From the human T2T-CHM13v2.0 reference genome, Homo sapiens, in the NCBI RefSeq assembly GCF_009914755.1, contig NC_060931.1: a stretch of DNA of 64,000 nt; one strand, written 5' to 3'. Both the position numbers and the translations under genes were made by a program. Every line of letters starts with the position of its first letter. Position 1 is the first letter of the stretch. The notes beneath the pieces were generated by a model. It made no database searches. It saw nothing but the letters and a program-made list of their open reading frames with translations, and was not told where the DNA came from. Positions 1-16,612 of this stretch are shown one piece after another.

Positions 1-359
1 AGAATGTGGAATAGGAGCTGGAGACTTTGCAACTTTGAATATTAGAAGAAAGGGTGGCCCCAGAAGGATGGTGTGACTTGAGGACATCCAGGTGGCAGAT
101 ACTTAGATTATATTAGCATGGCATCCAACGCCCTTGACAATTTGATCTGACCCCTTACTGACCCTCACTTCTTTCCTGCAGCACTTTTCTCATTAAGGAC
201 CAGTCCAGGCTAAGTGTTGGGGACACAGGATGAATGCAAGATTAAGGAGCACCCAGTCTGATTGATAAAAGCTGATTTAAAAACAAGATGTTACACATGC
301 TCTACTAGTAAAGTGTACAGTTTCAGTAGGGACTCAAGTGCAAAGTGGACAATTGTGTG

Positions 360-725
360 TTCCAGGGCTTCATTCACTTGTCAGGCACTCTAGCCAGGGT
401 GATGAAAATAGCCAGGAATTGGCTGGGCTTCTCTCTTTTCACCAAATCTCTCATCATCCCATAATCTAGCCCTAGCTTCAGTACATGGAGGCTGGATCCC
501 AAGAGTCTAAAGAAATCTGTAAGCCCTCTTAAGGTATAGGCCAGCAAGTCACATTGCATCATTTTCACCACATTCTATTGGTGAAAGCAAGTCATGGGGC
601 TAGTCCAAATTCAGTGTAGAGGAAACAGATACTACCTCTTGATGGGAAGATTAGAAAAGTCACATCGCAAAAGGGCAAATTGTATGACAAGGATTATGGA
701 GGCTGTCTTGAGAAATGAACTACCT
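360..725 (-). mobile_element. Old MaLR LTR (MLT1-type) fragment
   Basis: Motif 'cattttcaccacattctattggtgaaagcaagtcatggggctagtccaaattca' is typical of MLT1 LTRs; boundaries approximate. Confidence 0.6.
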
Positions 726-894
726 TAGTGGCAAAGCACTAATTTGAGATATCTACAACTCAATTACAGACTCTCACTTAACCACTCATTAAAGACTTGT
801 TCTCTAAATGTAGTGAACTTAGATTGATAACCCAATATCTGGACTGCCATTCTAAGTATGGGTATCTTCCTTACGATACCCATACACTTATGGC

Positions 895-1030
895 CACCAC
901 TAGACTTTAACACCCGAAGAGTAAGACTCTATCTTAATCATCCTCTACATTCAGGATTGAATGTGATACCTGGCACTTAGTAACACCATAAAGTATTCAC
1001 TAATTACATTTGTTGAATTAATAAATAATA
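895..1030 (+). mobile_element. L2 3' end
   Basis: 'cctggcacttagtaacac...atttgttgaattaataaat' resembles the L2 terminus. Confidence 0.55.
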
Positions 1031-1090
1031 AAATTAGGTATTTATTGGGCACTCTCTTATACCAGAGACTATTCTAAATACTTCAGATGT

Positions 1091-1463
1091 TGTATTTGGC
1101 TGTTCTCATGCTGCTAATAAAGACATACCCAAGGCTGGGTAATTTATACAGAAAAGAGCTTTAATTGACTCACAGTTTCACATGGCTGGGGAGGCCTCAG
1201 GAAACTTAGAATCATGGCAGAAGGGGAAGCAAACATGTCATTCTTCACATGGCAGCAGGAGAGATAAGTGCAGCAAAAGGGGAAAAGCACCTTATAAAAC
1301 CATCAGATCTTGTGAGAACTCACTCACTATCATGAGAACAGCAGGGAGATAACCACCCTCATGATTCAATTACCTCCTACCGGGTCCCTCCCATGACACA
1401 TGGGGATTATGGAAACTACAATTCAAGATGAGATTTGGGTAGGGACAAAGCCAAACCATATCA
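1091..1463 (-). mobile_element. THE1 (THE1C/D-like) solo LTR
   Basis: 373 bp, TG...CA termini, ends 'ccaaaccatatca'; perfect 5-bp TSD GATGT at 1086-1090 and 1464-1468. Confidence 0.92.
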
Positions 1464-1699
1464 GATGTTTTGACTTATTTAAGTAGTACAACTCTGGCTA
1501 TAATTTGCCTAAGATTATATACCTTGTGTGCAGTGGCCCGGCATATAGATCTCCTTTATCTGGCTCCAGAGCCTGTGCCCTGAAGGCTTTGCTGCCTTAG
1601 CAAAAGAGTAAACAACTATAGTGAAGACAGGATTGAAAATTGCAGAAATAATGGACTTGGAAAAGGACAATTGTCCAAGGCATGAATCACTTAGAAGCA

Positions 1700-1925
1700 T
1701 TTTAGTATACTGGTTAAGAGTGTAGTCTCTTTTAGTTTCAATTTCAGCGCTGCCAAATACTATCTTGGGTGGGATGCTGTCTGAGTCTGTTTTCTCATCT
1801 GAAAAATAAGTCTAAGAATAGTGCTTATCTCATAGGGCTGTGGTGAGGCTCAAATGAGATAGGGCAAGTAAAGTGTTTCTCTTAGTTCTTCAAACATAAT
1901 GAATGCTCAGTGAGTATTTACCATT
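1700..1925 (+). mobile_element. MIR SINE
   Basis: Core 'gtctgttttctcatctgaaaaataag...tcatagggctgtggtgaggctcaaatgagat'. Confidence 0.75.
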
Positions 1926-3182
1926 AATCACACAGACAAGCAATTAAAAAATGAAATGGCAAAACAGTGCTTAAAAGTAAAAATTGGAGTCAGATGTAAG
2001 TCGTTTACACCGTGCATGACAAAATTCCCTTCAGAAGTGTTTATTTTTTAATACAAAGAAACCTAAATTGGAAAAAGAAAAACAATTAAAACCCTTCATT
2101 AGAAAGTCAAAAGAACTCTGAACATTGAGCAACTTTCTCTTTATCAACAATGTTTTGCTAACCTTTTGAAGAGGAAGATTACATCACAAAGGTTTTAAGG
2201 GCTACTACAGGAAGAAAATAAAGGCTAGCTATAATAAAATCATTAAGCATTATAAATCTCAAGAGTCAAGAAGACTATCCCATGAGCAAAACACAGAAAA
2301 TCACTGAACTCTATAAGAAAGGAAAAGAAAGAAAATTCCAGCATGCTAAAAAGCTAATACCAGCTTTCAAATTAAGGTTCAAGGGCACTATAAAGAAATC
2401 AATATGTAAACACCAAGTGATGAAAGTCATGAAACCTATCGACACAAGTTTTATTAAAAGGAAACCATGCTAGATAAGTTGAATAAGACTATGATCGATA
2501 TCTGATGAGAGAAAAGTCACAGATATGATCACTAGGGTTGTCAAATAACGTTTTTTGGCACATACAGGAAACCTTTATTAGAAAATTAGCAAATAACTTC
2601 TAAAGAAATAAAAAATGATGCATCTTAAATTACATTTCAGTCATCATCCCTCAAGCTACTGTGGCTTCCCCTTCTCCTATGCCTTTCCCTTCGTCCCTCC
2701 CTCAGGAGAGTAAAGGAAGTGGGAAGGAGAAGAATTTGAGTGGCAGCAGTGGTGGTGAGGAGGAGATGGGTGCAAACTTCTGAGGCTATTGCTTTCTTGT
2801 TTCTATAACATATAACAACAACCAAAAAAGGCTTGTTTTCCATGTAGATATTGGACACTTTGTTTTGGCTTTAAATTATAAATACCAATTGAAGTAGAAG
2901 ATTATAAAACTAGGTAGGTTTTCCAAAAGAGGACTTTTCTAAAAGAACTGGCTTTATAAGGCTCTATAAGACTAAAGACTATCAGGTGTTTACGGTGTTC
3001 CTTTTTCACTTCGCATGTTCCTTATGCAGCTCTGTAGACTGTAAATGATGCAGCACTATGAGCACTTTGTGGAAAAGAGGCATAAGAGGCCATATTTATT
3101 TTAGGTATAGGAAGCGTAAGAGCATGTTTTAAAAGGGAAGATAATATACAAGGCTACTTGACTTTCATTGACTAAATGATGG

Positions 3183-3830
3183 GATTCATTTAATCATGCA
3201 TTCAGCAAATATTTATGAAATGTACCCTATGTGCCAGGCACTATTCTAGACACTGGGGAGACAGCAATAAACATGATGAAGTTCCCACTGTCTTGTGCCT
3301 TGCATTCTAGTGGAGGGAAACAGACAATAAGCAAAAAGACTTATAAAAAGTTATTGGGCCCTATGAAGAAAGATAATTCAGGGTAAAGAAAGGAGGGAAG
3401 AGGTTACGAATCTCTTTAGGTAAGATATTCAGGGAAGGCCTCCTGGGGAGCAAAGACCTGAATACAGTGAGAGAGTCTTGCAGGTATCTGAGGAGAGAAC
3501 ACCCAGGATCCAGGCAGAGGACATACCAAGTAGAAAGGTCATGAGGCAGGGTTTGTGATCTGTATACTCACATGGGTCCCCATTCTCAGAAGGACTCTGT
3601 GCTTTCTTCAATGCTCAGCAGTCACTGTCTTAAAATTCTTAGTAATTTTTGAGCAAGAGGCCCCAGGTCATTTTGCACTGGGTCCCAAATATTATGTAGC
3701 CAGTCATGTCGTGAAATGGGAGTGGTCTTAGCATGTTTGAGGAATAGCACAGAAGGAGCAGGGATGGAGATGAGTGATCAGGTGAGGAGTAGGAACGTAG
3801 GAGATGCAATGAGAGAGGTAGAAGAGGAGG
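3183..3830 (-). mobile_element. L2 fragment interrupted by a MER91A-like hAT element (~3550-3705)
   Basis: 'cattcagcaaatatttatgaaatgtaccctatgtgccaggcactattctag' is an L2 tail; 'aaattcttagtaatttttgagcaagaggcccc...ttttgcactgggtccc' resembles MER91A. Confidence 0.7.
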
Positions 3831-4011
3831 GAGCAATTAGGACACTGCAATAATACTGGTAATTAATGAGCTGTTACAATCTCAGATGGTCATCATGGTG
3901 CTTGATAAGATAGTCATAAGATATGTTTCCTGATAAATAGATCACTGGTATCAGATCCACAAATTCCTTGTCGTTCATTATAAATTGCAGTACTATTGGT
4001 ACAACACTGTA

Positions 4012-4408
4012 TAGTCATGTGCTGCATAACAATGTTTCCCTCAAGGATGGACCACATACCCTTGGGTGGTCCCAGAAAATCATAATTGAGCTGCAATATT
4101 CCTATCACCTAGTCACGTTGTTGATGTTGCAGCCATCATAATGTTATACTGCAACACATTACATTTTCTGTGTTTACATACGCAAATACTTAACATTGGG
4201 CTACAATGGCATGCAGTATTCAGTACAGTAATATGCTATACAGGTTTGTAGCTTAAGAGCAATAAGCTATTACCATTCACCCCACGTGTGTACTAGGCTA
4301 TGTCGTCTAGATTCGTGTAAGTACACTCCATGATGTTTATACAACGATGAAATCACCTAACGACGCATTTCTCAGAATGTATCCCCATCATTAAGCAATG
4401 CATGGCTG
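4012..4408 (+). mobile_element. Tigger3/MER7 (TcMar) non-autonomous DNA transposon
   Basis: Degenerate TIRs 'tagtcatgtgctgcataac' / 'ttaagcaatgcatggctg', flanked by TA at both ends. Confidence 0.85.
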
Positions 4409-5016
4409 TATTCAGGATCAAATAATTGAATGAAGCCCAAGCCCTTCATTTCTAGGAAACAACTAATTTGGTATCTATTACTAGAGAAACTGCTAAATAG
4501 CAGTAGTGAACAAAGGATTTCCTGGGTGCTGACACCCAGTGCCTAGCTCTCTCTTTTAACACTCTTTACAGGTATTAAATAAAAATCATAGCAGGTCATT
4601 GTTTTGGGCTAAACTCCTGCACTAGGGTCCAATAGACCAGACCAAAAATCAAAAGGGAGTCAACTGTGCTAAAGTTGCACACTACCAAAACAAAACTAGA
4701 TTGTTATGTGACTTTGAGAGGAATCAGGATAGAGAGATGACAGCCATCTGTCCAAACAGGTCAGTTTTAATCTTAACAGGCATGATAGTGACATTCCCTC
4801 TGTTTTTGTTTGTTTGTTTGTTTGATTATTGTACTTTAAGTTCTAGGGTACATGTGTACAATATATGTATAAATGTGCCATGTTGGTATGCTGCACCCAT
4901 TAACTCGTCATTTATATTAGGTATTTCTCCTAATGCTATCCCTCCCCCATCCCTCCACCCCACAACAGGCCTCGGTGTGTGATGTTCCCTGCCCTGTGTC
5001 CGAGTGTTCTCATTGT

Positions 5017-8842
<3,826 letters not shown>

Positions 8843-8905
8843 TATGATGTTAGCTGGTTATTTTACCCATTAGTTGATGCAGTTTCTTCCTAGCATTGAT
8901 GGTCT

Positions 8906-9927
8906 TTACAACTGGGCTTTTTTGCAGTGGCTGGTACTGGTTGTTCCTTTCCATGTTTAGTGCTTCCTTCAGGAGCTCTTGTAAGGAGGCCTAGTGATGA
9001 CAAAATCTCTCAGCATTTGCTTGTGTGTAAAGGATTTTATTTCTCCTTCACTTATGAAGCTTAGTTTGGCTGGATATGAAATTCTGGATTGAAAATAGTT
9101 TTCTTTAAGAATGTAGAATATTGTCCCCCACTCTCTTTTGGCTTGTAGGGTTGCTGCCAAGAGATCTGCTGTTAGTCTGATGGGCTTCCCTTTGTGGGTA
9201 ACCTGACCTTTCTCTCTGGCTGTCTTTAACATTTTTTCCTTCATTTCAACCTTGGTGAATCTGACAATTATGTGTCTTGGGGTTGCTCTTCTCAAGAAGT
9301 ATCTTTGTGATGTTCTCTGTATTTCCTGTATTTGAATATTGGCCTGCCTTGCTAGGTTGGAGAAGTTCTCCTGGATAATATCCTGAAAAGTGTTTTCCAG
9401 CATGGTTCCATTCTCCCTGTCACTTTCAGGTACACCAATCAAACATAGATTTGGTCTTTTCACATAGTCCCATATTTCTTGGAGGCTTTTTTCATTTCTT
9501 TTTACTTGTTTTTCTCTAAACTTCTCTTCTCACTTCATTTCATTAATTTGATCTCAATCACTGATACCCTTTCATCCACTTGATCAAATCAACTACTGAA
9601 GCTTATGCCTACATCACATAGTTCTCGTGCCATTGTTTTCAGCTCCATCAGGTCATTTAAGGACTTCTCCATACTGTTTATTCTAGTTAGCCATTTGTCT
9701 AATCTTTTTTCAAGGTTTTTAGCTTCCTTGCAATGGGTTCAAGCATCCTCCTTTAGCTTGGAGAAGTTTGTTATTACCGACCTTCTGAAGCTTAATTCTG
9801 TAAATTCGTCAAAGTCATTCTCCATCCAGCTTTGTTCCATTGCTGGTGAGGAGCTGCGATCCTTTGGAGGAAAAGAGGTGCTCTGGTTTTTAGAATTTTC
9901 AGCTTTTCTGCTCTGGATTCTCCCCAT
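8906..9927 (-). pseudogene. L1 ORF1, disrupted
   Basis: MGRIQSRKAENSKNQ... starts at 9927; KRPNLCLIGVPE...YPAKLSF lies in a separate fragment; stops and frameshifts between them. Confidence 0.93.
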
Positions 9928-10525
9928 CTTTGTGGTTTTATCTACCTTTGGTCTTTGATGATGGTGACCTACAAATGGGGTTTCGGTGCAGATGTCCTTT
10001 TTGTTGATGTTGATGCTATTCCTTTCTGTTTGTTAGTTTTCCTTCTAACAGTCACGTCCCTCAGCTGCACGTCTGTTGGAGTATGCTGGAGGTCCACTCC
10101 AGACCCTGTTTGCCTGGGTATCATCAGCAGAGGCCACAGAACAGCAATATTGCAGGACAGCAAATATTGCTGCCTGATCCTTCCTCTGGAAGCTTTGTCT
10201 GTGAGGGGCACTTGGCTGTATGAGGTGTCAGTCAGCCCTTACTGGGAGGTGTCTCCCAGTTAGGCTATACAGGGTTCAGGGACCCACTTGAGGATGCAGT
10301 CTGTCCATTCTCAGAGCTCAAACACTGTGCTGAGAGAAGCACTGCTCTCTTCAGAGCTGTCAGACAGGGACGTTTAAGTCTGCAGAAGTTTCTGCTGTCT
10401 TTTTTTCAGCTATGCCCTGCCCCAGAGGTGGAGTCTACAGAGGCAGGTAGGCCTTGTTGAGCTGCAGTGGGCTCCACCCAGTTCGAGCTTTCCAGCTGCT
10501 TTGTTTACCTATTCAATCCTCAGCA

Positions 10526-10789
10526 ATGGTGGCTGCCCCTCCCCCAGCCAGGCTGCCTCCTTGCAGTTTCATCTCAGACTGCTGTGCTAGCAGTGAGCAA
10601 GGCTCTGTGGGTGTGGGACCCACTGAACCAGGCACAGGATATAATCTCCTGGTGTGCCATTTGCTAAGACCATTGGAAAAGTGCAGTATTTGGGTGGCAG
10701 TGTCCAATTTTCCCGGTAGAGTCTGTCACGGCTTCCCTTGGCTAGGAAAGGGAAATCCCCCAACCCCTTGTGCTTCCCAGGTGAGGTGA
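10526..10789 (+). CDS. L1 ORF0 (antisense ORF in the 5'UTR), open, 87 aa
   Basis: gcaATGg strong Kozak context; MVAAPPPARLPPCSFISDCCASSEQGSVGVGPTEPG... matches the primate ORF0 N-terminus (MAGAPPPASLPPCSLISDCCAS). Expression is not shown. Confidence 0.6.
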   Translation: MVAAPPPARLPPCSFISDCCASSEQGSVGVGPTEPGTGYNLLVCHLLRPLEKCSIWVAVSNFPGRVCHGFPWLGKGNPPTPCASQVR

Positions 10790-11007
10790 TGCCCCGCTCT
10801 GCTTCGGCTCGCCTCTGTGGGCTGCACCCACTGTCCAACCAGTCCCAGTGAGATGAACCAGGTACCTCAGTTGGAAATGCAGAAATCACCCATCTTCTGC
10901 AACAATCATGCCGGGAGTTGCAGACTGGAGCTGTTCCTATTCAGCCATCTTCAATGTTTTCCTGACGTTCCCTCTGTTTTAATCTTCACAACAAAAAGTC
11001 ACCTGCA

Positions 11008-11293
<286 letters not shown>

Positions 11294-12704
11294 AAAAAGT
11301 CGCCTGCAGTAAGCTGATGTCAGTCAGTTATATTTCTATTTTTCTGTCTCCCTATTCCTGTCTTATAATAAAAGTAACTTTAAAATGACTGCATTTTGTT
11401 CTTTGTTTCTGTTTTCTTCATCCCTTTCTGTGTGTAAAACCAAACCCTTCTGCACATCTCAGTGGAACACTTATTTTATGGAACGAAGTGTCGTCCTATT
11501 CTAGAATTGCAAATGAAGCCAGTTAAACCAATAAATATCTCAGTTAAGATCTTTATCTAAATTGATTGTACTTTTTTCTTTTGACATGAGCTAATTGTTT
11601 TCTGCTGAGAAGGTTTTGCAGTTTGCATTGTGGGCCATTAAAGATGCTGCCTATCTGAGCTGCTTTACCTGCCTGAATGGTAGGCTCAATGGCAACAATG
11701 ACAAATCATACACATTTTTATCTTTCTTTATCAAAAGTCTTTCATTTTTCTTTTGTATCAACTACATTATCAACTCTTATAGGAAATGTTTTAGCTACAT
11801 ATATGAAAGCAATCAGTGACTCTGAACCCAGGACGTATTACCATTATCCAAAAGAAGGCTGTTTGCTTAAAAAGTTCCTTTGATTAAAAATGTCTTGTAG
11901 CTTGATAACATAAGCCCAAATCACCTTAATAAAATTACATTGCTCTCTTACTGATGCAGGTAGGGTACCTCAATGACTTTCCTCATTGGCCTGGCCTGTA
12001 GCTAGTTTACAATTTTACAAATGCTTTTCTAAGAACAACTGACAGGCAAACCACACATTTAAGTCCATGCTAATAACCAATTGTAAGCATCTTCCTCAAC
12101 CTTATGGTCAAATTTACAAAGCAATCGTATTCTTGGCATCAGTGGGAACCAGTTGGAAAGATCTTTTTGAGGTACATCATGCTGGTTCTTTTGAGTAGGA
12201 AGAGGCTGGGTTGACCACATATATCATAGACCACCACTTCCCTCTTCTTTGGACCTGGAGATTGGCTGTGGCAGTGAGTATTCTGAGAACTGTTCCTCAT
12301 GGGTTCTATGTCGTGGATAATTACTATTGCGGGCAGCAGTTTACACCCTCATTCTGGTTCACATGGGGCCCACAGAACCTACTGGATTCTCCATCAAGCC
12401 TGCACTGAGATTCTGCACAAACTCCTGTTATCATTGCAAAGAGTTTATCTCCTCTCCTTTAATCATATTCAGTATTATTTTTTAGTCCCCTTGGGCATTT
12501 GGATCATCCCTGGTGAAAACTGAGATTCTAATGAGTAGTACAATTGTCATTAAGAATTTCTTATAGGAAGTATTCGAATTTCATTACAGTATTTGGACTG
12601 AAGCAGCATTAATGTCAGATGAGTGCCCTCACCCTGTTATCCTCAGTCTGATATGTACCAGTGTGCTCTACTCTGCCCCAAAGTCCCATATGTGGATTTA
12701 GTAC

Positions 12705-13670
12705 TACATATGGCTTTAAATACCATCTATTCACTGATGACTCCTCAGTTTATGTTTCTAGCATAGGCTTCTCTTGTGAACCCCATATTTACAAATTCAT
12801 CTACCCACTTGACATCTTCAACTGCATGTCTAATAGGCATCTCAACTTAATGTGCCTAAAACAAATTTGTAATCTTTCCTGAAATATGTTCCTTTCTAAG
12901 TTCCCCCATCTCAGTAATAAATAAAATCTCTCCAGTTGTGTAGGTCAAAAGCTTGGAATCATCTTTGACGCCTCCTGCTCTCATATACCCCACATTTGAT
13001 CTATCAGCAAATGCTGATGACTGTGCCCTCAAAATATATCCAGAAGTCAATGACTTCTCATCCCTTCCTTTGGAGCCAACCTAGTCCAAGTTATATTACC
13101 TTTTGCGATAGCCTCCCAATTGATATCATTGCTTCTGATTTTGCCCCACCACAAAGAGAGTCAGATCATGTCACCCCTCAGCTCAAAACCCTCCAATGTC
13201 TCCTCATCTCACTCAGTGCAAAGTTGAAGTCCTTTCACAGGCCTACAAGGCCCTACATGATTCTCAGGTACTTCACCTATTTCAAATCTCTTCTTCCTTC
13301 ATGCATCTTCAGCCTCACTTATCTCACTGTTCTCCCAAAATACAGGATATAGGCCCCTCTGGGCCTTTGAACTTGTTACTCCCTCTGCTATAAATGCTTG
13401 TCCCTGAGATGGTCACATGTTTTTCTTTGTAACCTCTTTTAGGTTTTTCTTCAAATGTGCATTTCTCAGTGACCACCCTATTTAACATTACAGCTCCTGC
13501 TTGCAGCACTCTCTGCTTTTTTTTTTTTCTCCATTGCACTTATCACTATCTGACCTCGTGATTGTTTATGGTGTTACTCTCCCCACCCACCAAAATTTAA
13601 GCTTTATAAAGGAAGGAATTTTTGTTCTCCTGCTTCAAAGGTCTAACCCCAGATCAAAAGCCTGGCCTAT
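12705..13670 (+). mobile_element. L2a 3' portion
   Basis: 'atggctttaaataccatcta...atgtctaataggcatctcaacttaa...tcagatcatgtcacccctcagctcaaaaccctccaatg'. Confidence 0.85.
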
Positions 13671-13671
13671 A

Positions 13672-13983
13672 CAGCTAATCTTCTGTATCTGTGGGTTCCA
13701 CATCCATGAATTCTACCAACCATGATTAAAAATATTAAGGAAAAAGTTCAAAATAACAGTACAATAAAAATAATGTAAATATAGTATTATAATTATTTAC
13801 ATAGCATTTACATTGCACTAGGTATTACAAGTAATATAGAGATTATTTAAAATATACAGGAGGATGTATGAGGGTTACATGCAAATACTATGCCATTTTA
13901 TATAAGGGTCTTGAGCATCTAGAAATTTTGGTATCCTGCAGTGGTTCTAGAACCAATCCCCCTCAAATACTGAGAAAAGACTG
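13672..13983. mobile_element. MER2-family (Tigger) MITE inserted in the L2 tail
   Basis: CAG...CTG termini flanked by TA; internal 'tatttacatagcatttacattgcactaggtattacaagtaat'. Confidence 0.85.
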
Positions 13984-14984
13984 TATTAAGTACTCAAGAG
14001 ATCTGCATTGCATGATTACCACAGCTGTCAGTAGTCTCTGGTGAGCATGAGTCTCCAGTGTGTTTGCTGGTGAGTAGGCTAGGGTGTGACAGGTCCTTAA
14101 GACAAGTGGAATTAAAGAACCTGACAAGAAAACATACAACTGCTCAGAATTCTCCTCCTGGAATGCCTGGGAGGTGAAGGAGACCAGAATGGCAGCCTGC
14201 CTGATGGGGTGACATCTCTCCACTCCCACAAGCAGCCTCAGGAACACAGGGCTGGGTAGGCCTCCTTATCTGGCCATCACATGGGGTATGAAGTAATACT
14301 CACTCACAAGAGTTCTTTTCATTGTACCCAGATCCTGACACTTCCTGGGCCTCATGCGAATCCCCAGGACCCCACCCCCTCTCCTTTAGACCCTTGGGCA
14401 CAAAAAGTTCTCCCGTTTCTCCGAAAACAGAATTCCACTACCTTTGAGAAAGCTCCCAGAACTTAGAAAAGCCAGTTTATCCTACATGGAGGGTAAAAGG
14501 CTCTGGAATTAAGAAACTCTAAAGAACAAAGACCTTCTTTTATCCTATCTCAATACCTGTACTGTGTGTGTGTGTGCGTGCGTGTATGTGCGCACATGGG
14601 CGCAAATGCCTACCATTAGTCTCTTACAGTCACCAGCCCCTCCCTTCTGTAGCAGGTCACCACCTTGCTAATCCTGTTATTTGAATACTGGAGGAAATTG
14701 AAACAGTGCTAGAAGTCAAAATAAAATCATTGAATCCAGTTTTTAAATAAATAATAATGAGGGAAGATTTGTTTTTGACCAAGGGCCTATGAGATGATCA
14801 GGAAGCCATGTTTAATCAATCAAATTATATAGCTATATCACAGGAGTATATGGAGGCTTATGTGACAAATCTAGCAGGTTGGCTTCTTTTTTAAATATTT
14901 TAAAATTATTTTAACTGGCATTTTAAATTTTAAATTGGCATTGTAAATTTAAATTTTAAATTTTAAAATAAAAATTTTAATTTT

Positions 14985-15110
14985 TTCTTAGCAGGGATGG
15001 GGCCTTACTTTGTTACCCAGGCTGGTCTTGAACTCCTGGGCTCAAGTGATCCTCCTGCCTCAGCCTCCCAAAGGACTGGGGTTACTGGTATGAGCCACTC
15101 CTTCCAGCCT
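14985..15110 (-). mobile_element. FLAM/AluJ left monomer with an AT-rich degenerate tail (14900-14985)
   Basis: 'gaactcctgggctcaagtgatcctcctgcctcagcctccc'. Confidence 0.8.
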
Positions 15111-15199
15111 ACATGTTGGTTTCTTAAACACAAAAGTTAGTTGAAGGCTACAAGATAAATGAGCTTTTTACTAACTAAAGAATCAATAATTTCTACTTT

Positions 15200-15487
<288 letters not shown>

Positions 15488-16491
15488 AATAATTTCTACT
15501 TTAAAAATATATATGCTAATTAAAATGCTCATTTTACTAAAATATATTTTTAATTGGCATTTCTTCTGAGAGAAATATGGAGACAGAAGTGCCATAAAGG
15601 GCAAAATGAATGGACTGAATTGCCTCAATCAGTAAAGGTGAAACTTGGCCCACCAAAAAACAAGGTCATCACCATTTACAGGTGCCTAATACAACTTAAT
15701 TAAAGGTAATAAAACAAACTAATAGTTACGATAAGTAATAAAGCCGGAAAGTAAGCCAAGGTCAAGTACATGGAAACAAATGGTTCCAAGAAAAGCAATT
15801 GCCTGAGGAGTGGTAAAAAACAAGGTAACAGAGACTCACCTACATAATGGTGATATATTAGCTAGAAAATGATAATCTTTGCTATTCAAATGTGGCTGGA
15901 AAAGAAATTTGAAATCACTGTCATGCATATTTCTGTTGCAATCTTTGATCTGCAATAATTCAAAGGAAGGAAAGAAAGGTATAAACCCATACAAATTTAA
16001 ATATAGTTTTTTAAGGAACTGTATTTCCTTTGAATTATATTTAATAGTTCCTGAAGGAAGGAAAGGTGTAAATTTAAGCATATTCAAATTTAAATACATA
16101 AAACATAAGTTAAAACTAACATTGAGGGGTATTTATGCCACACATATCCATTATGCTATTAATATTTCATCATCAACAAACCCTGCTGAGATGGGCATTA
16201 TCTTATCCATTTTACTACTAATAAAATTGCCTCACAGAGAGATCTTGTAACAGATTCAAGTTACAAAACCAGCAATCACTAGTATGGGATTTGAACCCAG
16301 GTCTGTATAACTCCAAAACCCTTGTTTATTCTACTTAATGACCCAGCCTCTTTTCTGATCCTAATTAAACAAGTCCTGATAAGTGAAATGCAGGCAATGA
16401 TTGTGGAAGCCAGAATGCAGGGTAGAACAGGACTGAACTTTGGGCTGCAGAGCCAAAAGCCAAAGATATTTAATGACAAAAACAACAATAA

Positions 16492-16612
16492 TTATATATA
16501 TATACATATATACACATATATATACATGTATATATACATATTTTATATATGTATATATATGTGTGTGTGTGTATATATATATACACACATACAGCATATG
16601 TATATACATACA
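16492..16612. repeat. Compound (TA)/(TG)/(CA) microsatellite
   Basis: Directly visible dinucleotide runs. Confidence 0.95.

Noticed and set aside
1930-2620. A-rich stretch with a 63-aa Lys-rich ORF, possibly an ancient RTE-like LINE remnant
   Set aside because: Cannot assign a family from memory, and the ORF is explained by base composition.
2641-2783. Possible terminal exon after 'catttcag' reading IIPQATVASPSPMPF...EEEMGANF*
   Set aside because: Weak AT-rich acceptor, low-complexity CT/GA composition, no recognisable protein, and no partner exons.
11590-12600. Apparently unique sequence with several 65-75 aa ORFs
   Set aside because: No recognisable protein or coherent splice structure; may be very old repeat or non-coding DNA.
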